A stretch of 64,000 bases of DNA from Anthoceros angustus (taxonomy: Eukaryota > Plantae > Anthocerotophyta): positions 558,001 through 622,000 of the forward strand of contig MU008168.1 in assembly GCA_010909165.1 (NCBI GenBank). Reading direction: 5' to 3'. The translations under genes and the position numbers were made by a program. The notes beneath the pieces are model-generated. The model did not search any database and was not told where the DNA came from. It saw only the letters and a program-made list of their open reading frames with translations. This document shows positions 22,301 to 34,061 of this stretch, in pieces (within the stretch, counting starts at the first letter, position 1; each line of letters opens with the position of its first letter).

Positions 22301-23638
22301 CTATTCTTGAGTGTAAGATGATAAAGTCGGATGACATTCCACTTGTTAAATATATCCAATATCATCCCTTGAGTTTGCATTTGTAAAGACTTTCTTAGTT
22401 CACCTGCAACTTGTAAGTTATTTTTCGTGATGGTCTTCCATCCATATAAAGCTGTTTGCAAGATATGAGAGGTTGAAAAATGAATAGCATTACATTCATA
22501 TGCTTTGGCATCTAAAATCAACCACCTCCAGGTTTTCCACGACATGGCAAGTTGGTGTACATACCAATATTTGACGGCTCTTAGTTCTTGAGTTTTCAAC
22601 CAAACTTTATTTTTATAAATTTGCAACCATGCATATAGTAATGATTTCACTCTCCGGAAATTCCAATGAGTTATAAGTATTTGAATCTTATGTTTATTTT
22701 TAGTTGCCATCAAGGTCAGTCGTAGCCAAGCAAAAACACTCCATCTCAAGACAGTTTTGTGTCTATAACGCTCAGCTTGTAAAAATTGATATCTTGTGAT
22801 ACTAGTCTTTGTAATACCATCAACAAAGGCTTTGAGTAATCTTCTCAATTTGCGAAGCTTCCATATTCTCTCCAAGTCTTTTAGATGCTGCATGTATGAT
22901 TCAATCCAAATAAGGTGGCATATAAATGATGGAAGTTTCAAGATAATTACCATAAAAGAAAACGACTTACTTTGGCATATCTACATTCTTTACAATATTG
23001 ACGCCAACAAGATAATATTGTTCTTTGCCTTCTCTTCCACATATAGAACACCATTTGTTTCACTAAATGTAATCTCCAAGCTTCATATTTGGAAGAAAAA
23101 TGCAGCTCCTCCAAGGAAGCCTTTTTTTCAGCTTGAACTTGTAGCTCAAGAATTTTTGTTTCTGCCTAAAACAATATATTTAGCTTCTTAAAAGTACAAG
23201 ACTTTAGCAATTCAATTTTACTGTATCCCAAAATAATCTAGCTCCATGTATTGCAGGTTTTAGGTGAGTAACTCACGACTGGAAAATTAAATTTCTAATA
23301 CAATACCTTACATAAGAGATAATACCTTATCTAGAAGCAAAAGCAACTGTTGATTTCGGTCATCAAGTTCTAAAAGCGCACTATTTTTCCGATGTTCCCA
23401 ATGAGAACCTTTTACCTGAAACTTATAAGCACAGTTGTTAATAAACAAAATAGCAATTGTGTCTATCTATTCTTTTGGAACAAATGCACATAGATATTAC
23501 ATGATTGAGATCTTGGAACACTTGGTGACGAGCCTCAATAAGGGAGTAATACTGATCTTTTGGTTTGAGAACAGAATGTATAATATCCATTACATCAATT
23601 GGCCAAGTGGAATCTGTCCTTTCCTTGTCTTGTTCCAT
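19304..23638 (-). CDS. Multi-exon AT-rich gene: Sfi1-like Trp-rich helical repeats, coiled coil, Kelch repeats, C-terminal coiled coil
   Basis: Exons can be joined in frame at GT-AG sites: MEQDKERT...; VKGSHWEH...LLDK; AETKILELQ...WRQYCKECRYAK; HLKDLERIW...(F/L..W repeats); coiled coil ...SGFLD; Kelch repeats ARFGHSA...FGGYDG, MRNHSA...FGGFDG, RRAHSA...FGGFNG, RRHHSM...YGGFNG, RSMHAM...FGGAHA; then coiled-coil exons to ...KKCLK*. Confidence 0.7.
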
Positions 23639-24538
23639 TGTTTATATGAAGTCAGATTTATGTTTAAGGAGTAAACAATATAAAGAATTTTAGCAATACA
23701 CTAGTAGTATAGACTACAAGAAAGATCACAAAATAAATCACCACCACTCACCAATCAATGTAATTTTTAACAAGAAATATAATAGTGAGAATTCGAGAGT
23801 GATAACTAAGTCTAAATACAAGCTTCTCACTCTGTATTTAAAATAATTAGTATATAAGAAATATTTATTTAATTAACCTAAACATAATATAAGATTTAGA
23901 ATATATTTTAATACTTTACATCCATATTTTACTCATTTCTCGCTTACCATTTGTACTCAAGGTTAGGAAGTACTTGTATGTACATACAGGCATAACTAAC
24001 TACTTTAGCATGCAGCTTGGTAGCAGGAGGACTTTGTTATCCCCCGACAAGACACCCTGGAGGAACATGGCTTGGACATGTTTTGGTCGTTGAAAGCGAA
24101 GCACAGCTTCACGTCTGGCTGGACCGTAGCTGTGCTGCTCACCTCAGTAACCATTGCGGGGCGGAAGTTTGGAGGCAGCTCCACAGGCGGCAACATGGTG
24201 GAAGACCTAGGTGGCGTTGGAACCAAGGGGCCCCAGCTGTCTGGATTCATGACTCGGAAGGAAGGGTGCCCGTCTTCGATTTTCTTCTCGTCAGCTAGCT
24301 TCAGAATTGAATAGACTAGGAGTGTGCATGAGAGCTCCAGAGTGTGGACTGTTGAGGATGTAAATAGCCTCGGACTTCCAGCACGCTTGTTGGATCCGTT
24401 GCTGCTGCTGCTGTTGCTGGTGCTGGTGCATGCACCTCGCACACCTTCCTCAAGGCTGCTCGAAATCAATCACGAGCATCCCTTCCCCTGCTGCCTGTGG
24501 CGGCTTGCAGTTCGACAACCAGACACTCAGCTGGAGTG

Positions 24539-27500
24539 ATGAACAAGAAAAATGCCCCTGGCCACGGAGCCAGGGCAATGGGATCGGCATCGGCATCGGC
24601 ATCGGCATCGGCAACGGCAACGGCAACGGGTGTGTCTTCTACCAGAATGTCGAACCCTTCTCTGGCCCGCTCATCAGATTCTCCACAACCACGCGCGTCT
24701 ATGCAGTCTCCTCCCAGAGTGGCGAGAGTCTCGCCGCCTCCGCTGTCCAGGTCTTCGTCCCGCTCCTCATCTTCGGCGACCTCTTTGAGATTCGATGCGA
24801 ATGACAGCCAGCTGCGGTCTGCTCTCAGCGGCAACCTGGGGTCTGGCCAAGCCGACATAGCAGCGAAAGACGCGTCCTTCATAGCGGAACGCCCTGCCAA
24901 GTCGAGTAGATCAAACCTCGTGAGATCGGGATCCGGAAGAGAGATCCGGAAACATCCCTACGGCGAGCAGCTCATCCTGTTGAATGAAGCGGTGGAGTCG
25001 CTGGGAACCAATCTTATCAAACATCACACGTCATCGTCCATATCCGAGTCCGTCACCTTGGAGAAAGCTCGCAGACACTTGCTCAGGCCGAGTGGTGATG
25101 GAGACTCACAGAAAGCAAATGGCAGGGGCCAAAGCCAATCCAATCCTTCTCACATGCGTTCTGACAGCTTTTCTTCCGCTTCTGATGATGGTGATGCGCA
25201 CGCAGCTATCTCATACCAGGCTGTGGAGTCCTTCAGATTTGTTAGCGAGAGTGAGGGTGATTTTGATGTCTTCCCATCCTCCATCCACTCAGCTGGAGGC
25301 GCAGGGATTACGAAGACTGTCAGGAGGCATTCCAGGGTTTCGGTCCGTTCCAAGTCCTTCATAGAAGATCTCATGGTGGTGAGCGGGGAAGGGGATGCAT
25401 TGAGCCTGAGGACGCCTCACGAGCGAGCTAAGATATCCATTCCTTCCACATCGGTGGTAGAAGACTTGCTGGAAGATGTCGATAACAGCGGTGGAGAGGA
25501 GCAGCAAGCATACGGAGACACGCTTCTGGAAGTCACAGATACTAGCGTGGATGGTAATAGTGACTCCACAGTCGAAATTCCTGAGAGCAAAGCCGAGTTT
25601 GAGGGGCCATCCGACGGTGCAATCAGAGCTTTTGGCCTACATCTACCGCTCCGATCCAACCAGCATGACAGCCCCATGTTCAATCCAGATGCAGAGTTCC
25701 AGTTGCATTCGTCGACCACAGTTTCCAAGTCGAGGGCATATCGGGAGAGAATAAGGGCCAGCTTGCAGGAATCCAGCGACGATGATGATGAAGTGGCAGG
25801 ACCTGAGTGGGATACAGAAACGGAGAAGCCGCTACCGAGGCGCCAGCAATCGGTGAAATCTAAGCAAGAGCCTGGTGTTCAGGCTGCAGCACATCCACAG
25901 CCAGAACGGAGTCCTACTCGCAAGCCCTCGAACTTCCAACTTCCTCCACCTCAGATCGACGTTGTCCATGGCAGCTCGGACGGTCGAGAAGCACACATCA
26001 CTTCAAGGCAGAGCGGGGAGATCGGTCAGAGTGGGAGGCTGAACACCAGTTCCCTGGAAAAGACAGATTTTCATCACAAGCGGAGTCAGAGTGCCTCCGA
26101 GGCTGGTCACAAGGATAGCAATGGCAGTGGAACCTTCTCTTCGAAGGTAAAGCCACAGTCTGTTCGACGAATCAATAGTACTAAAGAATTCTCGGTCAAG
26201 GAAAGCGATGCTGGTTCCCGTCAGGATCAATCGTCTGCTATCCCCAAACCTCTTCCTGATGCTGCTGCCAGGCTTCGTAATGTCACTGCACAAAACAGCA
26301 TGTCAGTCTCTGGAGTCGCAGCGGCACATTACATGGGAGGATACCTCCCTGTTGAGGGTATTTTGACAGACAGCAACATGTCCGCCCTGAATACCTTTTT
26401 GAAAGACGGCAGGCTTGAGTTGGAAAGAGGAATATCACAGGGTAGATCGCTGACAGCAGTTATGGGCAGCGAGGGCGCAGGTAAACGGGTTCCATTTGCC
26501 TTTTGTTTTCGTTCAGACTGTAATGCATGCCTTGGAAATAATATTTCTTTCACGGACAGAGGCAGACGCGATTCTCTGCTCAATAGCCTACGCGTATCTG
26601 CTGCACTCAACAATAAAGTCCGATCACCACTGCTTCCTTCCTGTGATAAATATGAGAAGAGAGGATCTGTCTCTTCGTATGGAGGCCATGTGGATCTTCG
26701 AAATATGTGGCATTGACGAGAAGTGGCTTGTGTTTATTGACGAGGTAATGTTTTTCTTCATGACAGTGTTGCAGATGATCCATACCAGTCTCAGCCTCAT
26801 GTGTAAAGCTACCTGAGGATGAGAATGGATGGACTGCAGATAGACTTATCATACTACACCACATATGGAAATCTGAGACTGGTGCTCGTGGATCACAGCA
26901 AACTGGCTCCTCATCAGGAGGTGATGACAATTCCTAGGCATTGATGTGATTAAATGTGCAGTAGACGGTGGAACGGACTGAGGCTGATGTACAAGTCGGC
27001 GTTAGTTGACCAGTTGTGCATAGTTATGACACTTACCACTCCTTCATGGTCTGTGCTAACAGGGTCTACAGGAGGCTGTGGTGGAGATTGTTGACCACGT
27101 ACCTGCAGGGCAGGAGCTTAAGGTATCGACCGAGCAAATGCCTACTTCTTTTAGAAAGCATCTCTCACACTGTTGAAAAAATTGATTGTCATCTGTAATG
27201 TGACTCTGGATGTTCACTGGACAGAACCAGGATCTCTATCCATGGGTTTTCGCGAAAGAGATACAGCAGGTAACCAAATTGCAAGAACCTTCCATCTAAG
27301 ATTTCGTCACCGCAGAGTTTTGACAATTTATTCCCTCGCAGGTTGGATCTTGCGCTACACTCATTGCAGAGAGGTTTGCATCGGAAGCTCCTCAACTCCT
27401 TGCAGGACAAGGGATCCAAAGACTGCTGGTACATGCTGTCGAATGTATTTCATGGAACACAAACTTCGCTGACAGATACCACAAGGCGGCCATGGTTATG

Positions 27501-28613
27501 ACATTTTACTTGGCGTTGTCGCTGTAGCTGGCACCAATACTTCTAGATACAGCCAACTTGGACAGAAAAGCAGGTCAAAGTACACAAAGAGACGAAATGA
27601 TGGTAACTTTGCTGCTGAAAGGAGCTGGTTGCTACGGTCGACATGGCTTCTATAAGCTACGTGAGTTGAATCCAAGACCTCATTAAGAAGATGCCATCGT
27701 CATATCTGGCAAGAGAATCCTGTGTTCCACCATATTTTGTTAGAGAATTATGTTCCATCATATTGATTCAGCAGATGACATAATCTGCAGTGAGAAAAAA
27801 GAAGTTTGACACGTCAGTTCTCAGCACAAGGGATATGCTACGCAAGGATTTCAACTTGTGGAATTTTGGCCCTGGTACTCCTCTACCTCAGTTCAACCTC
27901 CTCGTCCTCCGGCACTGAAGCCCTTTCAAGACGTATGACTTCTCCTTTGTACTTGCCATTGCCTCAGTGAGGTCTGCGAAATATGGCTATCGAGGAGAGA
28001 GAATCTTGGTTGGCATGAGTTCTATTGGGCTGACACTGGGGGAATTCCTTAGCAGGCAGCTTCGTGTGATTGACGACATCATCAGGTTCCGAGGTACGTT
28101 TCTCAACCTGTTTGTAGTGCTTCTGGAAATGTTCAAAGTCCAAGCTGCACAACTTCCACTTCGGGACCCCGCAGAATGGAAGAGGCTGAAGCTCCTCATC
28201 ATCATCACTGGCTACTACGATCGGACCGGCGTCTTCAGGGTAAAAAGCACTAGCTTCCGCAGTTGCTCACTTTGAAAATTAGCCGTCAAGCACCTGCACT
28301 GATGTGCTTTCCATGCTTGATCTGTCACAGAGGGAGCTGGTGCTTGCACCTGAGCACGCACAAATGGCAGAAGACCTTGCCCACTTCCTCAATGTCAGCT
28401 GTGAAGAAGGACTGGAGCTTCAACCGCTGAGCGTCAAGGGTGAGCTGAGGGCTGTAAGCTGACCAGAAACACAAACGCAAGGATAAGGTGCTCATGGACC
28501 AGTCTGTTGATGTGCCAGGATTACCGAAGGAAATGAAGGCATACAGCCAGGGAAATGCAACTCTGTCAAGGAAGAGAATCCAGCCCATGCTCTCACAATT
28601 CTTTTCCAGGTGA
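24539..28613 (+). CDS. PRUNE-like DHH/DHHA2 phosphoesterase with a long Ser-rich disordered N-terminus
   Basis: Large first exon ending LTAVMGSEGA, then exons EADAILCSIAYAYLL...PVINMRREDL, IDLSYY...LVLVDHSKL, VGSCATLIAE, LAPILLDTANL, MLRKDF, VGMSSIG, LLIIITGYY, and AYSQGNATLSRKRIQPMLSQFFSR* (stop 28611-28613). Confidence 0.88.
24585..24629. repeat. Compound hexamer microsatellite (CGGCAT)4(CGGCAA)3 encoding SASASASATATAT
   Basis: Read directly from the sequence. Confidence 0.95.
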
Positions 28614-28689
28614 CAGCTTCGGCTTAGATTCAAGGTTACCTTTTGATCTTTAGTGACCATCTTATAGATCCTATCGTCGAAGGTGTGTC

Positions 28690-29520
28690 ATTAAGCAGAC
28701 CATATCAAGTACGTACACACAGGGGGACGAAATCTGACCTTTTTTCGCCCGGAGTCATGCATCCCTTGCGGGTTCTTCTTAACTTCTGCTCACTTTCTCG
28801 ACCTTTTCATCCGACGATGCTCATACCCCTACCTGATGTTACAAACAGCACTAGGACCCTCCATCAGCTGGTTCCGATTCACAAGATACTTGGACAAAAC
28901 TTGCAAGAAACTCTTGCACCTATACCTTGAGCACTCTGCTTCCACAAGCATCCACAACCCAAAGAGCACATATAGATCGCACGATGGTCCTTGACCGTCG
29001 TCCTGAGATCCTCGTCCCCCTCATCCACCAGACGCCAAACGAGAGTCGCCTCATCTGGCTTGATACCTTCCAAGCATCCCCGAATCGGCAACCTAGCCTT
29101 TCTGCTACGTAGAGCGTCGCAGAAATTCTCCTGGGCAAAGCCCAAAATCAAAACGTCATGCAAGTAAAACTGGTCGACGAAGCACGAGTCAATCTACGAA
29201 TCAGCTTCCAGGCTGCACACGCATAGAAGGCCCGCTATCAAGTACAGGGAGGCCTTCCCACTCCACATCCCAGCATCCAGCCATCGCTTCCCAGCGTTCT
29301 CTCACAGGGACTTAGAGAACATGTATGCATAAATGTGGGGCTCCACCACGTTTAAAGCCTCACTCAAGCGTCCCCTTGGAGGACTGATCCAGCCGACTCG
29401 GATGCCACAAAACCTGTTGCCGCTCAATGTTATAGTGGAACCCCGTTGGTTGGGGCCATTGCCAACCGACGCTTCCATTGTGGCTTGCGGGTCACACGAC
29501 GCTTGCAAGGTGATGTGGAT
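28690..29520 (+). mobile_element. Degraded Ty3/Gypsy-type integrase and GPY/F remnant
   Basis: Broken frames give HRGT (cf. DRGT), LPQASTTQRAHIDRTM (cf. HPQTDGQTERVNRT), SVAEILLGK, DEARVNL...KARY and EPRWLGP, in integrase order and with stops. Confidence 0.5.
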
Positions 29521-29871
29521 GGATGACCACATGCTTGCGTTGCTACAATTGTTCGTTCTCTTCTGGATCATCAGCTGTTGTATGAAAGCCATGATAATGG
29601 TGGACGCCCTTGATCCCGGCGACGACCCTGATGACACCAACCATCACCCTTAAGCAACCTTCCCTGGATATGGGCAACAGCACTTCCGCCCACGTATGTC
29701 ACGTCCACCCTAACGTCTAATGTTTCTAGGTTTTGCTCTATGAAAATCAAAATCGCCCATTCAGATGATAAGTCGAAAGCACAGACCTAAAACCATCTAA
29801 ACAGTTTAATGGGGTCTTCTTATTCTACTTTGTTGAGAAAACCGGGGTCTATGCACAGTCTGTTGTTGGAC

Positions 29872-29898
29872 TATGGAATACCGATCTCGTCACACGGG
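29872..29898 (+). repeat. Left terminal inverted repeat (27 bp)
   Basis: TATGGAATACCGATCTCGTCACACGGG, preceded by TSD TTGGAC. Confidence 0.97.
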
Positions 29899-30499
29899 CC
29901 GTTTAGGGTTTTTTTCCATTGTGACCAAAGAAGTTTTCCGGCCGCATACGGCGGGAAAACTTCCGTGCCACACACTTGATTGCCGGCTGCCTCGTGTCCC
30001 GATCTCACTAATGGTGTTTGTGTCGAATCTTTTACGGTTGTGTGTGACACACAACCTTTTCGCTTTTAGGGCCGAGGCATGGGCCATCGGACATCCTTCG
30101 CATGACCCCATCTCGCCTTGCCTTGCCATCACGAACCGTCACCAGGGCTTGATGGGAGATAGCGTGGAGGAGGGCACAAAGCTGGGCGATACAGCCCTTC
30201 TCGCTCGACACTGGTGCGCCTGTACGCCTCTACTATCGCAGCCCATCCAGCGTCAGGCGCATTGGGGCCATACAGTGCCTCGCGCACACCATCTTCCTGA
30301 ACCACTTTTACATTGCACCACAACAAAGCCACCACTGGGCTCAACTCTCAAAACGCTAACAAACAAATCCAAATTGTCACCGCCTCCCAGTCATGGTGAG
30401 CGCACAATGTCACCGCCTCCTGTGTCATGGTGAGCGACAAATCAATTTTCTCCGGCCTACACCTAGCTCACTCCGGGCTCGTCGCCCAGGCCACACGCC

Positions 30500-31864
30500 C
30501 CTCACACCTCGTGCACCATAGACGCGGCGGGGTGATGGCCGCCCACGCCCACGGGTGGCTTCACCTCCGCCCACCGGTGGAGGTATTCGGGCAATGCGCC
30601 CCTCGTGCTCCCGCACTCGCAGAGTGTTGTTAGTGCCATGTGCGGGATACATGTCCGGAGGAAGTCCATGTCCCGCAATCCTTTGCATATGCATTGTCCT
30701 CGCCATCTCGCAGCTCGACAACCATGCAGGGCCCATACGAGCCGGGCCCTGCTCGCACAATGGCGCTGCGCCCTCCTCCACAATGTCAACCATGCATAAA
30801 TGAATGGACAGTACTAGCTGTTTGCTCACCCCGCCAAGAATTTATGCCGAGTGGTGGCATCTCGGGGCCACGCTTTGTGCATACCGAGGGCCACCCACAT
30901 CGAACTCCTCGCCATCGCCTCCTCACCCCCATATGCGGGTGGTGCACCCACCCTTGTAGTCGACCTTCTTCTTGAATGCGATAGCGAGCACATGGCCGGA
31001 ATGTCCCGCTGGCCGCCGATCTTCCGCACCGGTGCCTATTCCATACCGCCTCCAACGCCGAGCTCCGCCTCATCGTGGGCATGAAGGTCACGCAGGAATG
31101 GATGTGCTGGGGTTGGTGATGTCCATCACGCTCCTCACCATATCCATCATGTACCCTTGTAGAGGAATGCCCACTTCTCTCCCAAGGACCGCCAAATGCT
31201 CAATCCTCCGCAACAATCCGCATTCATCGACTTCACCACACACCGCATAAGGAAAACGCACCAACCTCCTAACTTTTACCTCGGTTGTGCAGAGGGGCGG
31301 ATGAAGTTGCTTCCATGTGCCCTTGGCCTCGCTCGGTTCATATCTCGCCTCTATTAGGTTGTGCTCTGCTGCGTAGTCCGACCGAATCCGCGGATGCCCA
31401 AACTTCCTCACCGCCACATAGGCGTTGAAAATCGCTGCCCCTCGTTATCCTCCGACCAACTGTGGGACGAATGGGTTGCCCCATCTATGGCCCTGCACTC
31501 AAGTAGAATTGGTACATCTTGTCATAAGTCGCGACAAGGCAACCATGACCCGCCAACTCCACAACCCCGCAATCACTTCTTCCTCGCAACGCAACTCCGC
31601 GAACATCGCTGCCCCCCTCCTCACGCACTTACAATCCATATGCCACATGTACATGGGTGTCGCATTGGTGTACCGACGCGGATGCGCATCGCCGACCGCC
31701 GTGTTATGTGCTCCGGCCGCATCAAACGCAGCCTCCACCGCCTCCTTGGGATTTCGATTCCATCCAGCCTGCGCACGAATCGTATTCCGGCGTTCACGCC
31801 GGCCGGGTGATGGGTGTGTGCGTGGCACCGCGCACACCTCCTCCACGGACAACCTCCCATACAC
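30500..31864 (-). CDS. IS3EU-type DDE transposase (integrase-core fold); frameshifted as assembled, probably intron-containing
   Basis: Ordered motifs: RRYTNATPMYMWHMD (D at 31636-31634), YDKM, AIDGATH, IFNAYVAVRKFGHPRIRSDYAAEHNLI (D at 31378-31376), HN...RIE (E at 31201-31199), FMPT...WNRH (31043-31032), RKIGGQRDIP. Donor-like GTAAGT at 31632 and GTAAAAG near 31284. Confidence 0.8.
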
Positions 31865-34027
31865 CGCGCCATGCCGTGTGCCGATCGAGCCTCGTCACGT
31901 GCTCAAGCCGCAGCCTAGCTCCGTCGGTAGGCCTTTCAATGGTCTCCACGCAAGTGTTGCCGCCAAATCATAGTTTGCGGTGTAAGGCGCGCGCACCCGC
32001 GTCTCCTATGCATCCCTTCATCTCCACCTTCCAGCCCTCATCCCCACGGCTCCTCGCACGAATTGCCTCAAGTTTTCACCGTCTGATGATGATGGGCTTC
32101 CGCCATGACCTCGATGCAGCCTGGCCGGCGACCGCCCACCATCTTCCTTCGCCCCGCCGCCCGGAAGGCCGCGCGCCTGGCCCATGGGCACCCTTCACCG
32201 CTGCTCCCCACGTGATGGCCAATGTGGAGACTTGGTGGCCTCAACACCTCCAGACCTCGCGCCTACTTACTGATGGAGCGCTTTTTCCTGCCCATGCGCC
32301 TTCCTCCCGTTCAAACCCCAAATGCACCTCTCGTGAGCAGTAGGCCGACCGATCCTCCTAACACTTTCCGCCCGAGTAATGGCATGTCCGCAGCCAAGGG
32401 TTTCAGACAAAGTGGACTTCGACACCGTTAGCGTATGCCCACTCCGATTTTTGTTCCACGGACGGTCCGCCAAGCGCTATGGACGGGGTTTCCACACCGC
32501 GTGATCCGCAGAGGTAGACTGCAGCAAGTTCTGGCCGAAAGCGCCCGTAGCTCACTTTTCGCTTCCGCATTTCATTCATTGTTTGAAGTGCGACCACAAG
32601 TGCACTCCACCAACACTTCCAAACCAACAGACGCACCAAACACCGTCTGTATGTGAACAATCTAGAATGGGCCGCTCGCCGTGTGCAAACACACTTGCGC
32701 CTCGCTTTCCGCGGCCATCGACAATTAGCGATGGCCGCCTCCTCGCTCTTCACTCTTGATGCTTTCCCCGCAAACCCGCAAATGATGTAACCGCCGCCTT
32801 ACCTCAATGCGCAGGGTTCCACGACGGTCCTCGGTGCGAACAAAAGGCATGGGATCTTCCACTATCGAGCGTATCCTGCGACCCCCATTGTGTGGCATGC
32901 CCCGATAATCGTGTCACATGCTTCCAGTTTGGAATACTCCTTCGCTCGATTCAAGTCCATGTAACATATGAAATGCTCCGCCTGTGTACACGAACGGCAA
33001 TGACCGCGCCCACAAAAAGTTGTGTTGATCCAACTCGGGAGGATGCTCAATGTCCCAACCGCCGACAAACGAGCCTCACGCATGTTCCAATGCCGCCTGG
33101 GCCCGGTCCACAGTGCACATGTGACGCCGGTCCCATTCCGCCCAACCGCCTCACCACTAGCTTCCAACTCCACTCTTGCGTAACATCCATCGCTATCATT
33201 CCCTCCACTGCGACCATAGGGTGCCATCCAACCCGCTTTTCCTCCACTTTCGAACGGTGATTGCCGAAAAGGCGTCCTTCTCATCCGAAAACTCCCACGT
33301 AAGCCTCCATTGACTTCTCACGAGCATGGTCACGGTGGCGTTCCTATCTCGATGTTCAGCACGCATTGCAATCCCGGCTCTTCGCATCCACAACGGCACC
33401 AACGTGCCATGCCTTTGGCTGCTCCAAAGATTCCGCCCATGCATGATGACGCCACCGAGGCACCTTCACCCACCTCCAACCCACCTCAATGGTCAATAAT
33501 CCCCTCCACCAAAAATGAAATCTTTGTGCATTGCGGACAATGCCGAACCTCCAATACCATGAGTACCCATTTCCCGGACCAAAGATCGTGCTCACATTTC
33601 GCCCTCCGTGCCATGTACGCCTCGCACATGCGGAGTCGGTGGAGTGGATTTGCCGGGACTCTCCCACTCCCACACCGGCTCCACTGCCGGGCTTCCGCGA
33701 GCCACCGCCGCTTCCACGGCCTCCTCCGCGCCCCGCCGCGCATGCCGATCGCCGTCGGATTGAGCGCCTTCCGGCGAGGAAGGCGTTCGGCGCGGACGGT
33801 CGGCGCAAACCGCCGCTTCCGCGAGCCACCGCCGGTGCAACCTCCGGCCGTCACAACATATCGCCGACGCCGCCGCCGTGCATCATGCCGCCGCCCCTTC
33901 CTCCACTTCGCCGATCGCTGCCTCCGCCCGGCGCCCACCATCCACCTCGCCGCCTCCACTTCGCCGATCGTCGTTCGCATTGGCGCCTTCCGGCGAGGAA
34001 GGCGTGCGCCTTCCGGCGCCCACCATC

Positions 34028-34061
<34 letters not shown>

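Noticed and set aside
24005-24469. 154-aa minus-strand ORF upstream of the PRUNE-like gene
   Set aside because: No recognisable motif; it overlaps the likely promoter and 5' UTR of the plus-strand gene.
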